Below are positions 13,718 through 27,600 of a stretch of 64,000 bases of DNA, in pieces. Source of the stretch: Eledone cirrhosa. Lineage: Eukaryota. The notes below the pieces were generated by a model. It made no database searches. It was given only the letters and a program-made list of their open reading frames with translations, and had not been told where the DNA came from. The position numbers were made by a program, and so were the translations under genes. Where the stretch lies: the NCBI GenBank assembly GCA_964016885.1, contig OZ024740.1, positions 179,676,001 to 179,740,000 on the forward strand, in the 5' to 3' direction. Every line of letters starts with the position of its first letter. The first letter of the stretch is position 1.

Positions 13718-14015
13718 CTGGAATAGAATGAAACGAAATTTCATTTCTCACTCTTAGTACGGCACTTACTTAAATGTAAGTATGTATGTATGTATCCGTA
13801 CATACATTTATTTGTACCGACGTACAGTAGTATGTATATATATACATACATGCACACATATATATATATGCTCGTATCGGTTTACCGAACATTTATTATA
13901 AAGCTCGGTTTGTTTGTTTGTAAACAAACAAACAGCCCGAATTACGTCGTACAGTGTTGAGGCAAACACGTCACCTTTTTGTTGAACACTGACACAGAAA
14001 CGATGTACTAGTTTC

Positions 14016-15909
<1,894 letters not shown>

Positions 15910-15985
15910 CGAAGGAAAAGTGGTAAGGAACCAGGTGGACCATAACGCACCAAAATACTCAATACTTAGGGTAGTAGAGTGGGTA

Positions 15986-16103
15986 ATAGGAGTAAGTAAT
16001 ACCCCGACGGCTGAGCTCAAGCCGTTTCGACGGCTAATTCTGTACTGAGTACAGAATTAGCCGTCGAAACAGCTTCAGCTCAACCGTCGGGGTCTTACTT
16101 ACT

Positions 16104-16108
<5 letters not shown>
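15986..16108. repeat. 123-bp near-perfect palindrome centred at 16047
   Basis: ATAGGAGTAAG...TGTACT-G-AGTACA...CTTACTCCTAT. Confidence 0.9.
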
Positions 16109-16164
<56 letters not shown>

Positions 16165-16172
<8 letters not shown>

Positions 16173-19100
16173 ATACTTTGGGAGGGTAATATTTGTGTAA
16201 GATTGCCAGAATTAATAACAGAACACATACACTGTTTGATTGGTTTTCAATCTTCGCTTCTGTGTCTTTTATATCGGTAATCTAATTTATTCGGTCCTCA
16301 ATGTTGCCATTGACTGACCAACGGTCAAAAATAATACATATACAATATAGACACAAACACATATATATAGTTTATCAAAGTTCTTTCGTTGCCCATCTGC
16401 AACAACATCAGTGGTGCTATTGTTTCCTCCCGTTGCATTGTATTTTCTACGCCTATCTTTATTTAGTCTGTTTATATATTTATTTATTTGTTTATTTTAT
16501 TTTGTCTTCTTTGCGCATGCGTTTGCGTGTGTGTATAGTGTTTTGTTTGATGTGTGTTCGTGATTGTGTGACTGTGTATTGGTTAATGTATTCTATCTTT
16601 ACTAGTGTGTGTTTATATGTGTTTGTTGTTATTGCGCTCGTGTATTTATTTATTTATTTATTTATTTATCTATTTATTTATTTATACTTCTCTTATGTCA
16701 GTGCTGTTTCTTTGGGTGTTGTTCTTATTCCATTCATTCTTTCTGTTTAGTCTTGGCCTTCTAAGTTCTATTTCACTGGCCTCGCTGATTTGCCTATCGG
16801 CTGGGTCATTTCTATGTTTAGATATTATTCTAATTTCTATGTTGTCTATGTTACCGTCGTGTTGTTGTCTGGCTTGTTCGTATAGTACTGAATCGTTTTT
16901 TCGTCCTTTTAGTTCCCCCCAGTGTTGGTCTATCCTTTCACCTATGCTACGAGCTGTCTCGCCTATGTATGTTGTTGTCATGTTTCTGCAAGTACCCTCT
17001 GTACATCTTATGCTATAGACTACGTTTCTAGTTTTACAGTTTATCCGGGCGTTTACCTTACATATGATACATTTCCTATTAGTAGAGTGGGTTTTCTTAA
17101 AAGGGTAGGTTTTGCTGATCAGGGATTTTATGGTGGTTCCTGGATTTTCTACTACCTTAATCTTTAAGTGGGTCTTTCTCAGGGCCTTTCTACACTGGTT
17201 AGCTAATTTCCCTCAAGGGGTAGCGTCCACAAACATGACACTCTGGTATCTCTGGTTGTCGTACCATGAGGTGGCTTTCCCTATCTTATGTCTAGCCCTA
17301 TCTAAGCTATTCCATGATTTGCTCCTGTATAATAGGCAAATTCCTTTCATGTCCAGTTCTATGAGGGTCTTATAGTTCTCCATGGCTCCTTCATATACTC
17401 TGACTCTGTCTCTTTGGTTGTAGCCAGAGAACTGCATGCGGTTGATGAAGTGTTGGATGTGTCTTTCCATTTCTGTTGGGTCGCACATGCGGAACACATT
17501 CTTCATCACTCGTACCAAATCTGCGATCAGAAAATTAAACTTAGCACTACTGGACGTTGCTGAGTTTTTGAGTATCAGGTATTTGGAGGCCATGGGTTTA
17601 GCATAGTGTGAGTGGGGAATTTGTGCTCTCTCGTCTATAGTGTTAATCCAGAGTTCCGTGTCTAATACAGGTAGGGTATTGTTAGGGTGTATGGAAGGGT
17701 AGTCGATAGTTACTGTTATTCTCTGGTGTATGGAATTAGCTATCTGCTGGATTCTTTCCAATTTGCTACGTTCTAAATCAAACCTGTTAGTGCTCTCTAG
17801 TGGGGATGTTCTTATAACTATATTGATATCGTCTACGTAACGAGAGTACATGATGAGCTCTATGGAGCTCTCATTAAGGAGATCTTTAAGTTTCCTTTCC
17901 CACCATACCATAAAAAGTTTGGCCACATCACCAGCTATACTGACGCCAATGGCTGCTCCCTCATTTGGGGTGTAGATCTTCTCGTTGAACTTGAATATGT
18001 GGCCCTTTAGGGTAGTTTTGATACTAGCCTCTATTGCATGTGCGACCATTTTTCTTACCTGATCATTGTTTTGGGGGGTCCGTATAGCTTTGGTCCACCC
18101 AATCCACCTTCCCATGGAGTGTTTTTAGCCATTGAAGTTATGGTGGGGGGTCTACCTCTTACGGGTCTACCTTGTGAAGAAACGTCAAAGGTCATGGCTG
18201 TCTAGGTAGTCAGTGTGGTAGGTAAGTCTAAGTAGGAGGCCCAGTTCGTCTGTGTCGACGTCGCAGAATTCGCCCTCACTCTCAATGATCATCTCCACAC
18301 ATTTTTCCACAGCAAAATTAATGTTAATGGATGGGTACAGTGATACTACATCCATGCTGCCTATTATGCAGTTGGATAGGTTCCTGTTTTTGTTGCACTC
18401 ACTGATTCTGCTGAGGAAGTCCTCTGTACTGTCACATACATCTGGGGGCATCTTGATTATGGGGTGTATAACCATTGAGAGGAAGTAAGAGATCCACTAG
18501 TTGCTAGCTATATTTGCTCCGCATACGGATCTTGTTGGTGGTCCTGTTGTCGGGTCGACGACTGTCTTATGGTCTTTGCGGAGCCCATACAAGGGTGGTA
18601 TGCCATTGTTAGACGCCTGGAAGTTGTTGGCAGTGCGTCTGCTTGGCTGTAGGATGTCAGTCCACATCATCATGTGAGCGTTGAATATTTTCTCTCTCCC
18701 ATCATGTGTTTGCTGTGCAATTTCGCTCGTGTTGGTGATGTGGGGTTGCATAGCCTTGATGTAGTTCGGCATGCTATCTATTGACATCCTACCAGACTTA
18801 TCCGAGGGTAGACATACTACCTTACCATCCCTTGTGCGCTGCTTGAGGCTAACCAAGCCTTTTAGAGGTTTCCTCCCAAGTTGTTGGGCCTCTGGTCTGC
18901 TCTGTCTCTTAGTATACCGGTCTACTATTTGTCTAATTTCTAGCTATGGTGTACTGTGCCTCTGTCTCGTCATCTATTTGTTGTGGTACGCAGACTCTTT
19001 TATTAAAGGCTAACCTCGTAGGATAGATATTACCCATCTTATATGTTTTGTCAGCTGGGTTGAAGAATAGTTTCTATCGTCATAGTTGTGTTTGTTGCTA

Positions 19101-20550
19101 TTATTGTTATTATGGTGGTTGTTGTTGTTCCTATCATTAGTATTATTATTATTGTTATGATTGCTAGATGTATTGTTGCTGTGATTGTTAGTTGTATTGT
19201 TGTTATGATTGCTAGATGTATTGTTGTTGTGATTGTTGTTTACTCACCGTTATTGTTGTTGTTACTGTTATTTCTACCATTGTGGTTGTTATTTTTATTA
19301 TCTTTCTTGTTTTTGTTGTGTCTATCATTAATGTTGCTACATGTATTATTTCTATTATTACCACTGTGGTTGTTGTTGTTGTTATTCGTATTGTTGCCGT
19401 TATTACTACTGTGGTCGCTGCTGCTATGTCTGTAGTTAATGTTTCTATTATTATAATTGTGGTTGTTCTGTCTATTGTTAGTATTATTTCCATTATTACT
19501 ATTTCTCACTCTCCTGCTATTGTTATTGTTATGACTATTACTATTATAGCTGCTATTTCTATACTCAGAGTTATTCTTGTTGTTAACTACCGTTATTATT
19601 GTTGTAGTTGGGAGGTGGATTGGCCGTATCGGTAGAGGGTCGGACACCATGCTTTCCAGCATAGTTACGTCCCTTTACGATCTGAGTTCAAATCCCGCCG
19701 AGGTTGACTTTGCCTTTCATCCTTACGGGGTCGATAAAATAAAGTACCAGTAATGGACTGGGTAATTGCTGGCCGTGTGCCTAAAGTAGAAACAATTATT
19801 GTTGTAGTTGTCCGTATAGTTGTTGTTGTTGTTTACTTTTGCATTCCAACGTATTTTTGTGAAACACTTTTCCAGCTCCGTTTTGCACTCTTTTTGTAGA
19901 TGGCAAATGTTAGTGGTAGCGGCAGGATTTGTTGTTCTTGTTCACTGATTAAAGTGCTCCCATAAATATTTACTGTGTGGTCATTGGTAAATTCTTCCGG
20001 TAGTTTTACATCAGTCATACAGATATTGTTGATGTTATCTGGGTATTTTTGAGAATGTTCTATTTTCCTTTCTTGTAGCTTTTTCTTATTCATCCATTCT
20101 AATTTCTTATTGAAATGCCTATTGCATTCGTTTCGGGCGTATTTCGTTTCACGTCGGATGGCGCTCATGAAGTCATCCCTTTCGTCTGGTGTGGTGAGAT
20201 TTTGGACTTCCTTAACGTTAATGCGTTTCTCTCTGTAAAGTTCGTTGACTTTTGTGTATGTTGTTCTTTTCATATTAACTGTTATTGTGTGTTTTAGTCG
20301 TTCAGCTTGTGTTTTGTTCAATAATAAATTATTTACTTGTTTTGATATGTTTGTTGTGTATATTTTGGAGGAAACACAGTGTTTTGAGAACCGTATTTGT
20401 TCTGTTGTTATCGTAGTTTTTATATAACAGAAAACAGTGTCTTTCAATAAGCTTTCAGCTTAGCATAAGATAATGCCATAACGGCGATGAATTAGTTTTG
20501 CGAGGTTTGTGATATGAAATCGTGTGTTGAAACAAATATTGTTATACTTG
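16165..20550 (-). mobile_element. Penelope-like retroelement, near unit length, decayed
   Basis: N-terminal ORF 19833..20447, Asn-rich linker, RT pieces 18497..18856, 18185..18475 and 17213..18115 (YSRYVDD), GIY-YIG 16682..16981. Confidence 0.9.
19611..19795 (+). mobile_element. tRNA-derived SINE inserted in the Penelope copy, ~15-bp TSD (TTATTGTTGTAGTTG)
   Basis: A-box-like TGGCCGTATCGG, B-box GAGTTCAAATCC, central GCCTTTCATCCTTACGGGGTCGATAAA, tail GTAGAAACAATT. Confidence 0.88.
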
Positions 20551-23394
20551 CATACCACAACAAATAGATGACGAGACAGAGGCACTGCTCACCATAGCTA
20601 GAAATAAGATTGGACAAATAGTAGACCGGTATACTAAGAGACAGAGCAGACCAGAGGCCCAACAACTTGGGAGGAAACGTGTAGAAGGCTTGGTTAGCCT
20701 CAAGCAGCCCACAAGGGATGGTGAGTTTGTATGTCTACCCACGGATAAGTCTGGTAGGATGTCAATAGATAGCATGCCGAACTACATCAAGGCTATGCCA
20801 GCCCACATCACCAAAACGAGCGAAATTGCACAGCAAACACATGATGAGATAGAGAAAATCCTCAACGCTCCCATGATGATGTGGACCGACATCCTAAAGC
20901 CAAGCAGACGCACTGCCAACAACTTCCAGGCATCTAACAATGGCATACCACCCTTCTATGGGCTCCGCAAATACCACAAGACAGTCGACGACACGACGGC
21001 AGGACCACCAACTAGAACCGTATGCGGAGCAAATATAGCTAGCAACTACAGGATCTCCTACTTCCTCTAAATGGTTATAGGCCCCATAATCAAGATGTTC
21101 CCAGATGTATGTGACAGTACAGAGAACCTCCTCAGCAGAATCAGTGAGTGCAACAAAAACAGGAACCTATCCAACTGCATAATAAGCAGCATGGATGTAG
21201 TATGACTGTACCCATCCATTAACATTGATTTTGCTGTGGAGAAATGTGTGGAGATGATCATTGAGAGTGAGGTGGAGTTCTGCGACGTCGACACAGACGA
21301 ACTAGGCCACCTACTTAGACTTACCTACGACACTGGCTATCTAGACAGCCATGACCTTAGACGTTTCTGCCCCAGTAGACTCATATGAGGTAGACCCCCC
21401 ACCATAACCTCAATGGCTAAAAAGACTCCCATGGGAAGGTTCGATTGAGTGGACCAAAGCTATACGTACAAAACAATGATCAGGTAAGAAAAATGGTCAC
21501 ACATGTAATAGGGGCTAGTATCATAACTACCCTAAAGGGTCACATATTCAAGTTCAACAAGAAGATCTACACCCAAAATGAGGGAGCAGCCATTGGCGTC
21601 AGCATAGCTGGTGATGTTGCCAAACTTTTAATGGTATCGTGGGAAAGGAGACTTAAAGATTTCCTTAATGAGAGCTCCATAGACCTCATCATGTACTCTC
21701 GTTACTTAGACGATATCAATATAGTTATAAGAACACCCCCACTAGAGAGCACTAACAAGTTTGATTTAGAACATAGCACAATGGAAAGCATCCAGCAGAT
21801 AGCTAATTCCATACACCAGATTATTACTGTAACTATCGACTACCCTTCCAAACACCCTAGCAATAGATTACCTTTATTAGACACGGAACTCTGGATTAAC
21901 ACTATAGACGAGAGAGTCCAAATTCTCCACTCACACTATACTAAACCCATGGCCTCCAAATACCTGATACTCAAAAACACAGCAACGTCCAGTAGTGTTA
22001 ATTTTAATTTTCTGATCGCAGATTTGGTACGAGTGATGAAGAATGTGTCCCGTATGTGCGACCCAACAGAAATGGCAAGACACATCCAATACTTCATCAA
22101 TCGCATGCAGTTCTCTGGCTTCAAGCAAAGAGACAGAGTCAGAGTATACGAAGGAGCGATGGAGAAGTATAAGACCCACATAGAACTGGACAGGAAAGGA
22201 ATTTGCCCATTATACAGGAGCAAATCATGGAATAGCTTAGATAGGGCTAGACATAAGATAGAGAAAGCCACCTCATGGTACGACAACCAGAGATACCAGA
22301 GTGTCCTGTTTGTGGACGCTACTACTTGAGGGAAATTAGCTAACCAGTGTAGAAAGGCCCTAAGAAAGACCCGCTTAAAGATTAAGGTGGTAGAATAGCC
22401 AGGAACCACCATAAAATCCCTGATCAGCAAAACCTACACTTTTAAGAAAACCCACTCTACTAAAAGGAAATGTATCATATGTAAGGTAAACCCCCGGATA
22501 AACTGTAAAACTAGAAACGTAGTCTATAGCATAAGATGTACAGAGGGTACTTGCAGAAACATGACAACAACATACATAGGCGAGACAGCTCGTAGCATAG
22601 GTGAACGGATAGACCAACACTTGGGGGAACTAAAAGGATGAAAAACGGTTCAGTACTATATGAACATGCCAGACAACAACACGACGGTAACATAGATAAC
22701 ATAGAAATCAGAATAATATCTAAACATAGAAATGACCCAGCAGATAGGCAAATCAGAGAGGCCAGTGAAATAGAACTTAGAAGGCCAAGGCTAAACAGAA
22801 AGAATGAATGGAATAACAACAACACCCAAACAGACAGCACTGACCTAAATAAATAGATAAATAAATAAATAAATACATACACAAGCACAATAACAACAAA
22901 CACATTTAAACACACACGAGTAAAGATAGAATACATTAACCAATACACAGTCACCCAATAACGAACACACATCAAACAAAACACTATACACACACGCAAA
23001 CGCATGCGCAAAGAAGACAAAATAAAATAAACAAATAAATAAATATATAACCATACTAAATAAAGATGGCGTAGAAGATACAATGCAACGGGAGGAAACA
23101 ATAGCACCACTGACGATGTTGCAGATGTCCAACGAAAGAACTTTGATAAACTATATATATGTGTTTGAGTCTATATTGTATCTTTATTATTTTTGACCGT
23201 TGGTCAGTCAATGGCAAGATTGAGGACCGAATAAATTAGATTACCGATATAAAAGACACAGAAGCGAAAAGCTAAAACCAACCAAACAGTGAGTGTGTTC
23301 TGTTATTAATTCTGGCAATATTACACAAATATGACCCTCCCCAATTATAACAATATTTGTTTCGACACACGATTTCATATCAAAAACCTCGCAA

Positions 23395-23398
<4 letters not shown>
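20548..23398 (+). mobile_element. Penelope-like retroelement, 5' truncated, joined head-to-head to the previous copy
   Basis: RT pieces 20690..21070 and 21445..22329 (YSRYLDD), GIY-YIG remnant around 22520-22856, terminal region ends in (TA)n. Confidence 0.9.
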
Positions 23399-23438
<40 letters not shown>

Positions 23439-23439
23439 T

Positions 23440-23762
23440 ATCAAAGGTATATATTGAGTTAGAATCTCAAAATAGTCTCTTACAATAAAATAGCTCTATG
23501 AAAGAGATTTTTCCGAGCCGTATATTATAACTGAATATAAGACAAAAACGAACACAGACATATATATGTTCAAATCGTAAGAGTTCAGTTCCGGTAAGGT
23601 GAAAAGAATACTAACTATAGACAATAGGGTTGCCAGACTCAAATTAAGAATAAATCAAGAAAGTAAATGCAAACCAGAATAGTGGTAACTACAATAACCC
23701 TTACGATTTGAACACATATATGTATATGTCTGTGTTCGTTTTTCTTTCATATTCAGTTATAT
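23440..23762. repeat. Small element with ~60-bp inverted arms (23526-23581 / 23700-23762) between (TA)n tracts
   Basis: AACTGAATAT...AAACGAACACAGACATA...GTTCAAATCGTAAG and its reverse complement. Confidence 0.7.
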
Positions 23763-23827
23763 ATATATATATATATTTATATATATAGAAGATCCGAAGG
23801 CATGGTATAAAATTCCAATCGTTTTAA

Positions 23828-23901
23828 TCACGACACATGTTTCAATAAGAGATATATCGATCATGTAGCCAACATCGATTATCACTGATCTCGTCAGGTG
23901 A
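23828..23901 (-). ncRNA. Type I hammerhead ribozyme with long stem II and a GUC cleavage triplet
   Basis: Minus strand reads TCAC-CTGACGA-[long hairpin]-GAAAC-ATGT-GTC-GTGA; stem I TCAC/GTGA; palindromic ACATGT stem III. Confidence 0.75.
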
Positions 23902-24097
23902 AAATGAATTGTCTTCAAATCCGCGATATGAGGGAGAAAATTAACGATATTCACTCACAGAATTTAGTCCCTCATATGAGAGACTGAACTCTGTGAGTGA
24001 ACATCGTTAATTTCTCCCTCATATGAGGGACTAAAGTCTGTGAGTGAACATCGTTAATTTTCTCCAGCATATCTAAGGATTTGAAGACAATTCATTT

Positions 24098-24171
24098 TCA
24101 CCTGACGAGGTCAGTGATAATCGTTGTCGGCTACACGATCGATCTATCTCTTATTGGAACATGTGTAGTGA
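24098..24171 (+). ncRNA. Second-arm hammerhead copy with a core mutation (GGAAC) and GUA triplet
   Basis: TCAC-CTGACGA...GGAAC-ATGT-GTA-GTGA. Confidence 0.6.
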
Positions 24172-24581
24172 TTAAAATGATTGGAAATGTATACCATGCA
24201 TTCGGATCTTTATTTTGATACAAATACTCCGTTTCATATCATCTAGCTGTTCCCATAAATGGAATTGGAGATATACAAAAGCGTGGAGAACTTAATATTG
24301 GTAACACAAATTTATTGGACCGTTTGACACAACAAATAATACACCATACTATATATATATATATATATATATGTGTATATATATATATATATAATAAAGG
24401 TCACACAATCAAAGTTGTTATGCATCAATTGTGAGAGTAATATGTAGTACTATTATATTTAGATGACACACAATCGATCTTACAATACGAAGTTTATAAA
24501 ATCTCACATACAACACGTAATATACAAAATCGTATAAGCCATGTGTTTCTCATAATCAGGCTTTTGCATTAATATGGTAAA

Positions 24582-24612
24582 TCTTCTTCTTCTTCTTCTT
24601 CTTCTTCTTCTT

Positions 24613-24681
<69 letters not shown>

Positions 24682-24692
24682 GTTATTGTTAT
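24582..24692. repeat. (TTC)n(TTA)n tract at the Dong-like 3' end
   Basis: Read directly. Confidence 0.97.
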
Positions 24693-27600
24693 TCCTTGAA
24701 TCTCAGTCATTGATGTTGGTTAACTGGAAAGTCCGTTGGATTGAATATCAAGCCACTACCTGCAGCCTCAGATATTCAGGACGTATCGGAGGGTTCTTGC
24801 TGTTCCAAGCAAGCATGCCTTTTGAAGCGTTCCAAAAAGCGTGAAGGGGCCGATTTTCTTTAACCATCCCTGGAAACCTTTGGAGATAGTCCCCAGTGCG
24901 CCTATGACAATCGGGATCACTTTGACTTCATGGCAGTTCCAAATCCTTTTCACCTCCCACTTTAGGTCCTGGTATCGGTTAATTTTCTCCCTCTCCTTCT
25001 CTTGCACTCTCGTGTCGAACGGGCAGGCCACATCCACAATCAGGCACGATCTTTTTTCTTTGTCCATAACCACCAGGTCAGGTTTATTGTGTTCCAGTTT
25101 TTTGTCCGTCTGTATCCTAAAATCCCACAGCACCTTCACCTGACTGTTCTCCATCACCGCCTCTGGCCTATGCTCATACCATTTCTCAGAATGTGGTAGA
25201 TTGTTTACTTTGCACAGGTGCCAGTGGATCACCCTGCCCATCACATCGTGTCTCCAGCCCTTATAGTGGGTCTGGGCTAGGTGTTTACACTCGGACACAA
25301 TGTGAGCCACAGTCTCCTCTCTCTCTCCACAGATCCTGCACAGTGGGCTAGCCTCCTCCTTGTAGATATGGTGCTTCAACCACTTCGTTTTGAGGGCCTG
25401 CTCCTGCGCAGCCATTAGCATTCCTTCTGTAGCCTTTTTGAGGTCTCCTCTTCTCAACCAGTTCCATGTCTGTGGATCTCTAAATTCAGTTTTCTCAAAG
25501 AAGGTACTATGAAGGGATTTTCCCTTAAGGCTGCTCTTCCTCCTTGATGTTATTTCCTCCTTGGACATCCCCTGGCCTACTGTCCCCTCCTTCAGTACAG
25601 TTCTGAGCATTGGCTCCTTACTATAGGTCACGTATTTGTATAGGTTGTTTTTCTCCATCTGAACACAGTCCTCTATGCTGATAAGACCTCTTCCACCCTC
25701 AGATCTCCTTAAGTAGAGTCTATCGAAATCACTCTTCTTGTGGAACATGTTGTAGATAGTCAATAGCTTCCTAGTCTTCCTATCCATTTCTTTTTGTTCA
25801 GCAACATTCCATCTCAGAATTCCCGCACTGTACCTAATAATAGACACAGCTCGGGAATTTACTGCGCTTATGGCATTTCTGCTGTTCAGATGTGACTTCA
25901 ATACGCTCCTTACTCTCCGAATGTATTCAGTTCTTAACAATTCCTTCATTTTTTTGTTCTTTATGCCATCAGCCTCCAGAACGCCCAAATACTTGTATCC
26001 TTCCTCAGAGTCAATTTCCTTTATCATCTCACCTGTTGGTATCTGGATCCCGTTACTTCTGCTCAACCTACCCCTCTTCATCACAATGACTCCACATTTA
26101 CCAATACCAAACTGCATACATATATCACTGCTGAAAATACGGACAGTGTCAACAAGCACATCCAACTCCTTCTCACTTTTCCCGAAGAGCTTAAGATCGT
26201 CCATGAAGAGGAGGTGATTGATGGTAAGCTCTCCCCTTCCCAACTTGTATCCTGCTCTCACTTTTCGCAGCATAATGGTCAAGGGCATCAGGGCAAGGAC
26301 AAACAACAGAGGGGACAGGCTATCTCCCTGGAAGATACCTCTCTTGATCTTCACGCTTCCCAAGGATACTCCAGTTGATGTCAACTCTGTCTCCCAGGAC
26401 CCCATACTCCTGCCCAGCAACTGTCTGATGTTATCTGCCACCCTGAAGACCTCCAGGCTTTTGGTGATCCAGGAATGAGGCACCATGTCAAATGCCTTTC
26501 TGTAGTCTATCCATCCCATGGCAAGATCAGAGTGTCTCCTCCTGCAATTCCCCATTACCATCTTATCAATAAGCAACTGGTCCTTTGTACCACGTGACTT
26601 CTTTCGGCATCCTTTCTGTTCGTCCGGTAACAAGTTGTTTGTGTGGAGGTGATGGTAGATTTCCTCAGACACAATGCTCGTCAACAGTTTCCACATTACG
26701 GGCAGACATGTGATAGGTCTATAGTTGGTAACATCATTACCCTTGATTCGGTCTTTCAATATCAGAACTGTGGTACCTTTTGTCAACCACTCTGGCACCT
26801 CACCCGACACCAAGCAGTCATTGAACATGGCCGTCAGCTTCGGGTGGAGGGATGTTAAATGTTTAATCCAATACCCCTGCACACCATCTGGGCCTGGTGA
26901 TTTCCAGTTGGTTAGTTTTTTGGCTTGCCCCTTAAGAGTTTCAACTGTGATACTCAAATCAGTCTGTTGTTGTGCCTTCTCACCGATCTCCCTCTGTACT
27001 GTCTCAATCCACCCTGCCTGGGCATTGTGTCTAACATCCTGCTCCCATATTCCTCTCCAGAATGTTTTAGCTTGTTCCGCCCCAGGGATCAAGTCGTTGC
27101 CTCTTTCTTTCCCCTCAAGCTGTCCAAACAGCATCTTCTGGTTGTTGTCGAACATGCGGTTCTGTTTATACTGACTGACTCTGTTCTCGTATCGCCTGAT
27201 TTTGGCACTCTTTGCTACAATGCGTTGCTTCAATTCCTCTATGATAATATTTAGCTTTTTACTCCTAGTTTTGTATTTTATTTCCAGTCTATTTTTAGTG
27301 CCTATGTTTTTTAGTGTCCCATTCAGTAGTGACTCAAGCTTTCCTATGTCATTTCTCATTTCCCCGATTTGCCCACTCAGTCGCTTCTTCCACCACGGCT
27401 CTGCTCTTTCTTGTCTGTTGTTTCCTCTCGCTTTTATACCAAGTAGTTTCCTCACCGTATTTGCTGTTGCTTTGAGGATATTGTTGCACTGGTGAAGACT
27501 CCTCGCCTCAAGGTATGGGATGACTTTGTTTACCTTAGCTGTTGTTTCTTTTAACTTTTTCCTGTCTACAAATCTTAGGTTCATAGGTCTCCCACTATCA

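Larger units (their letters stand above)
23789..24350. mobile_element. Fold-back element (palindrome 23789-24210 plus ~140-bp tail) with a hammerhead motif in each arm
   Basis: The arms are reverse complements, with an internal ~48-bp duplication; inserted in (TA)n. Confidence 0.7.

Noticed and set aside
17213-17215. Shared in-frame TGA in two Penelope copies as selenocysteine
   Set aside because: The third copy has GGA (Gly), not Cys, so this is better read as a nonsense mutation
23960-24065. Short repeated units as a CRISPR-like array
   Set aside because: There are only two or three units, no unique spacers, a eukaryotic context and no cas genes
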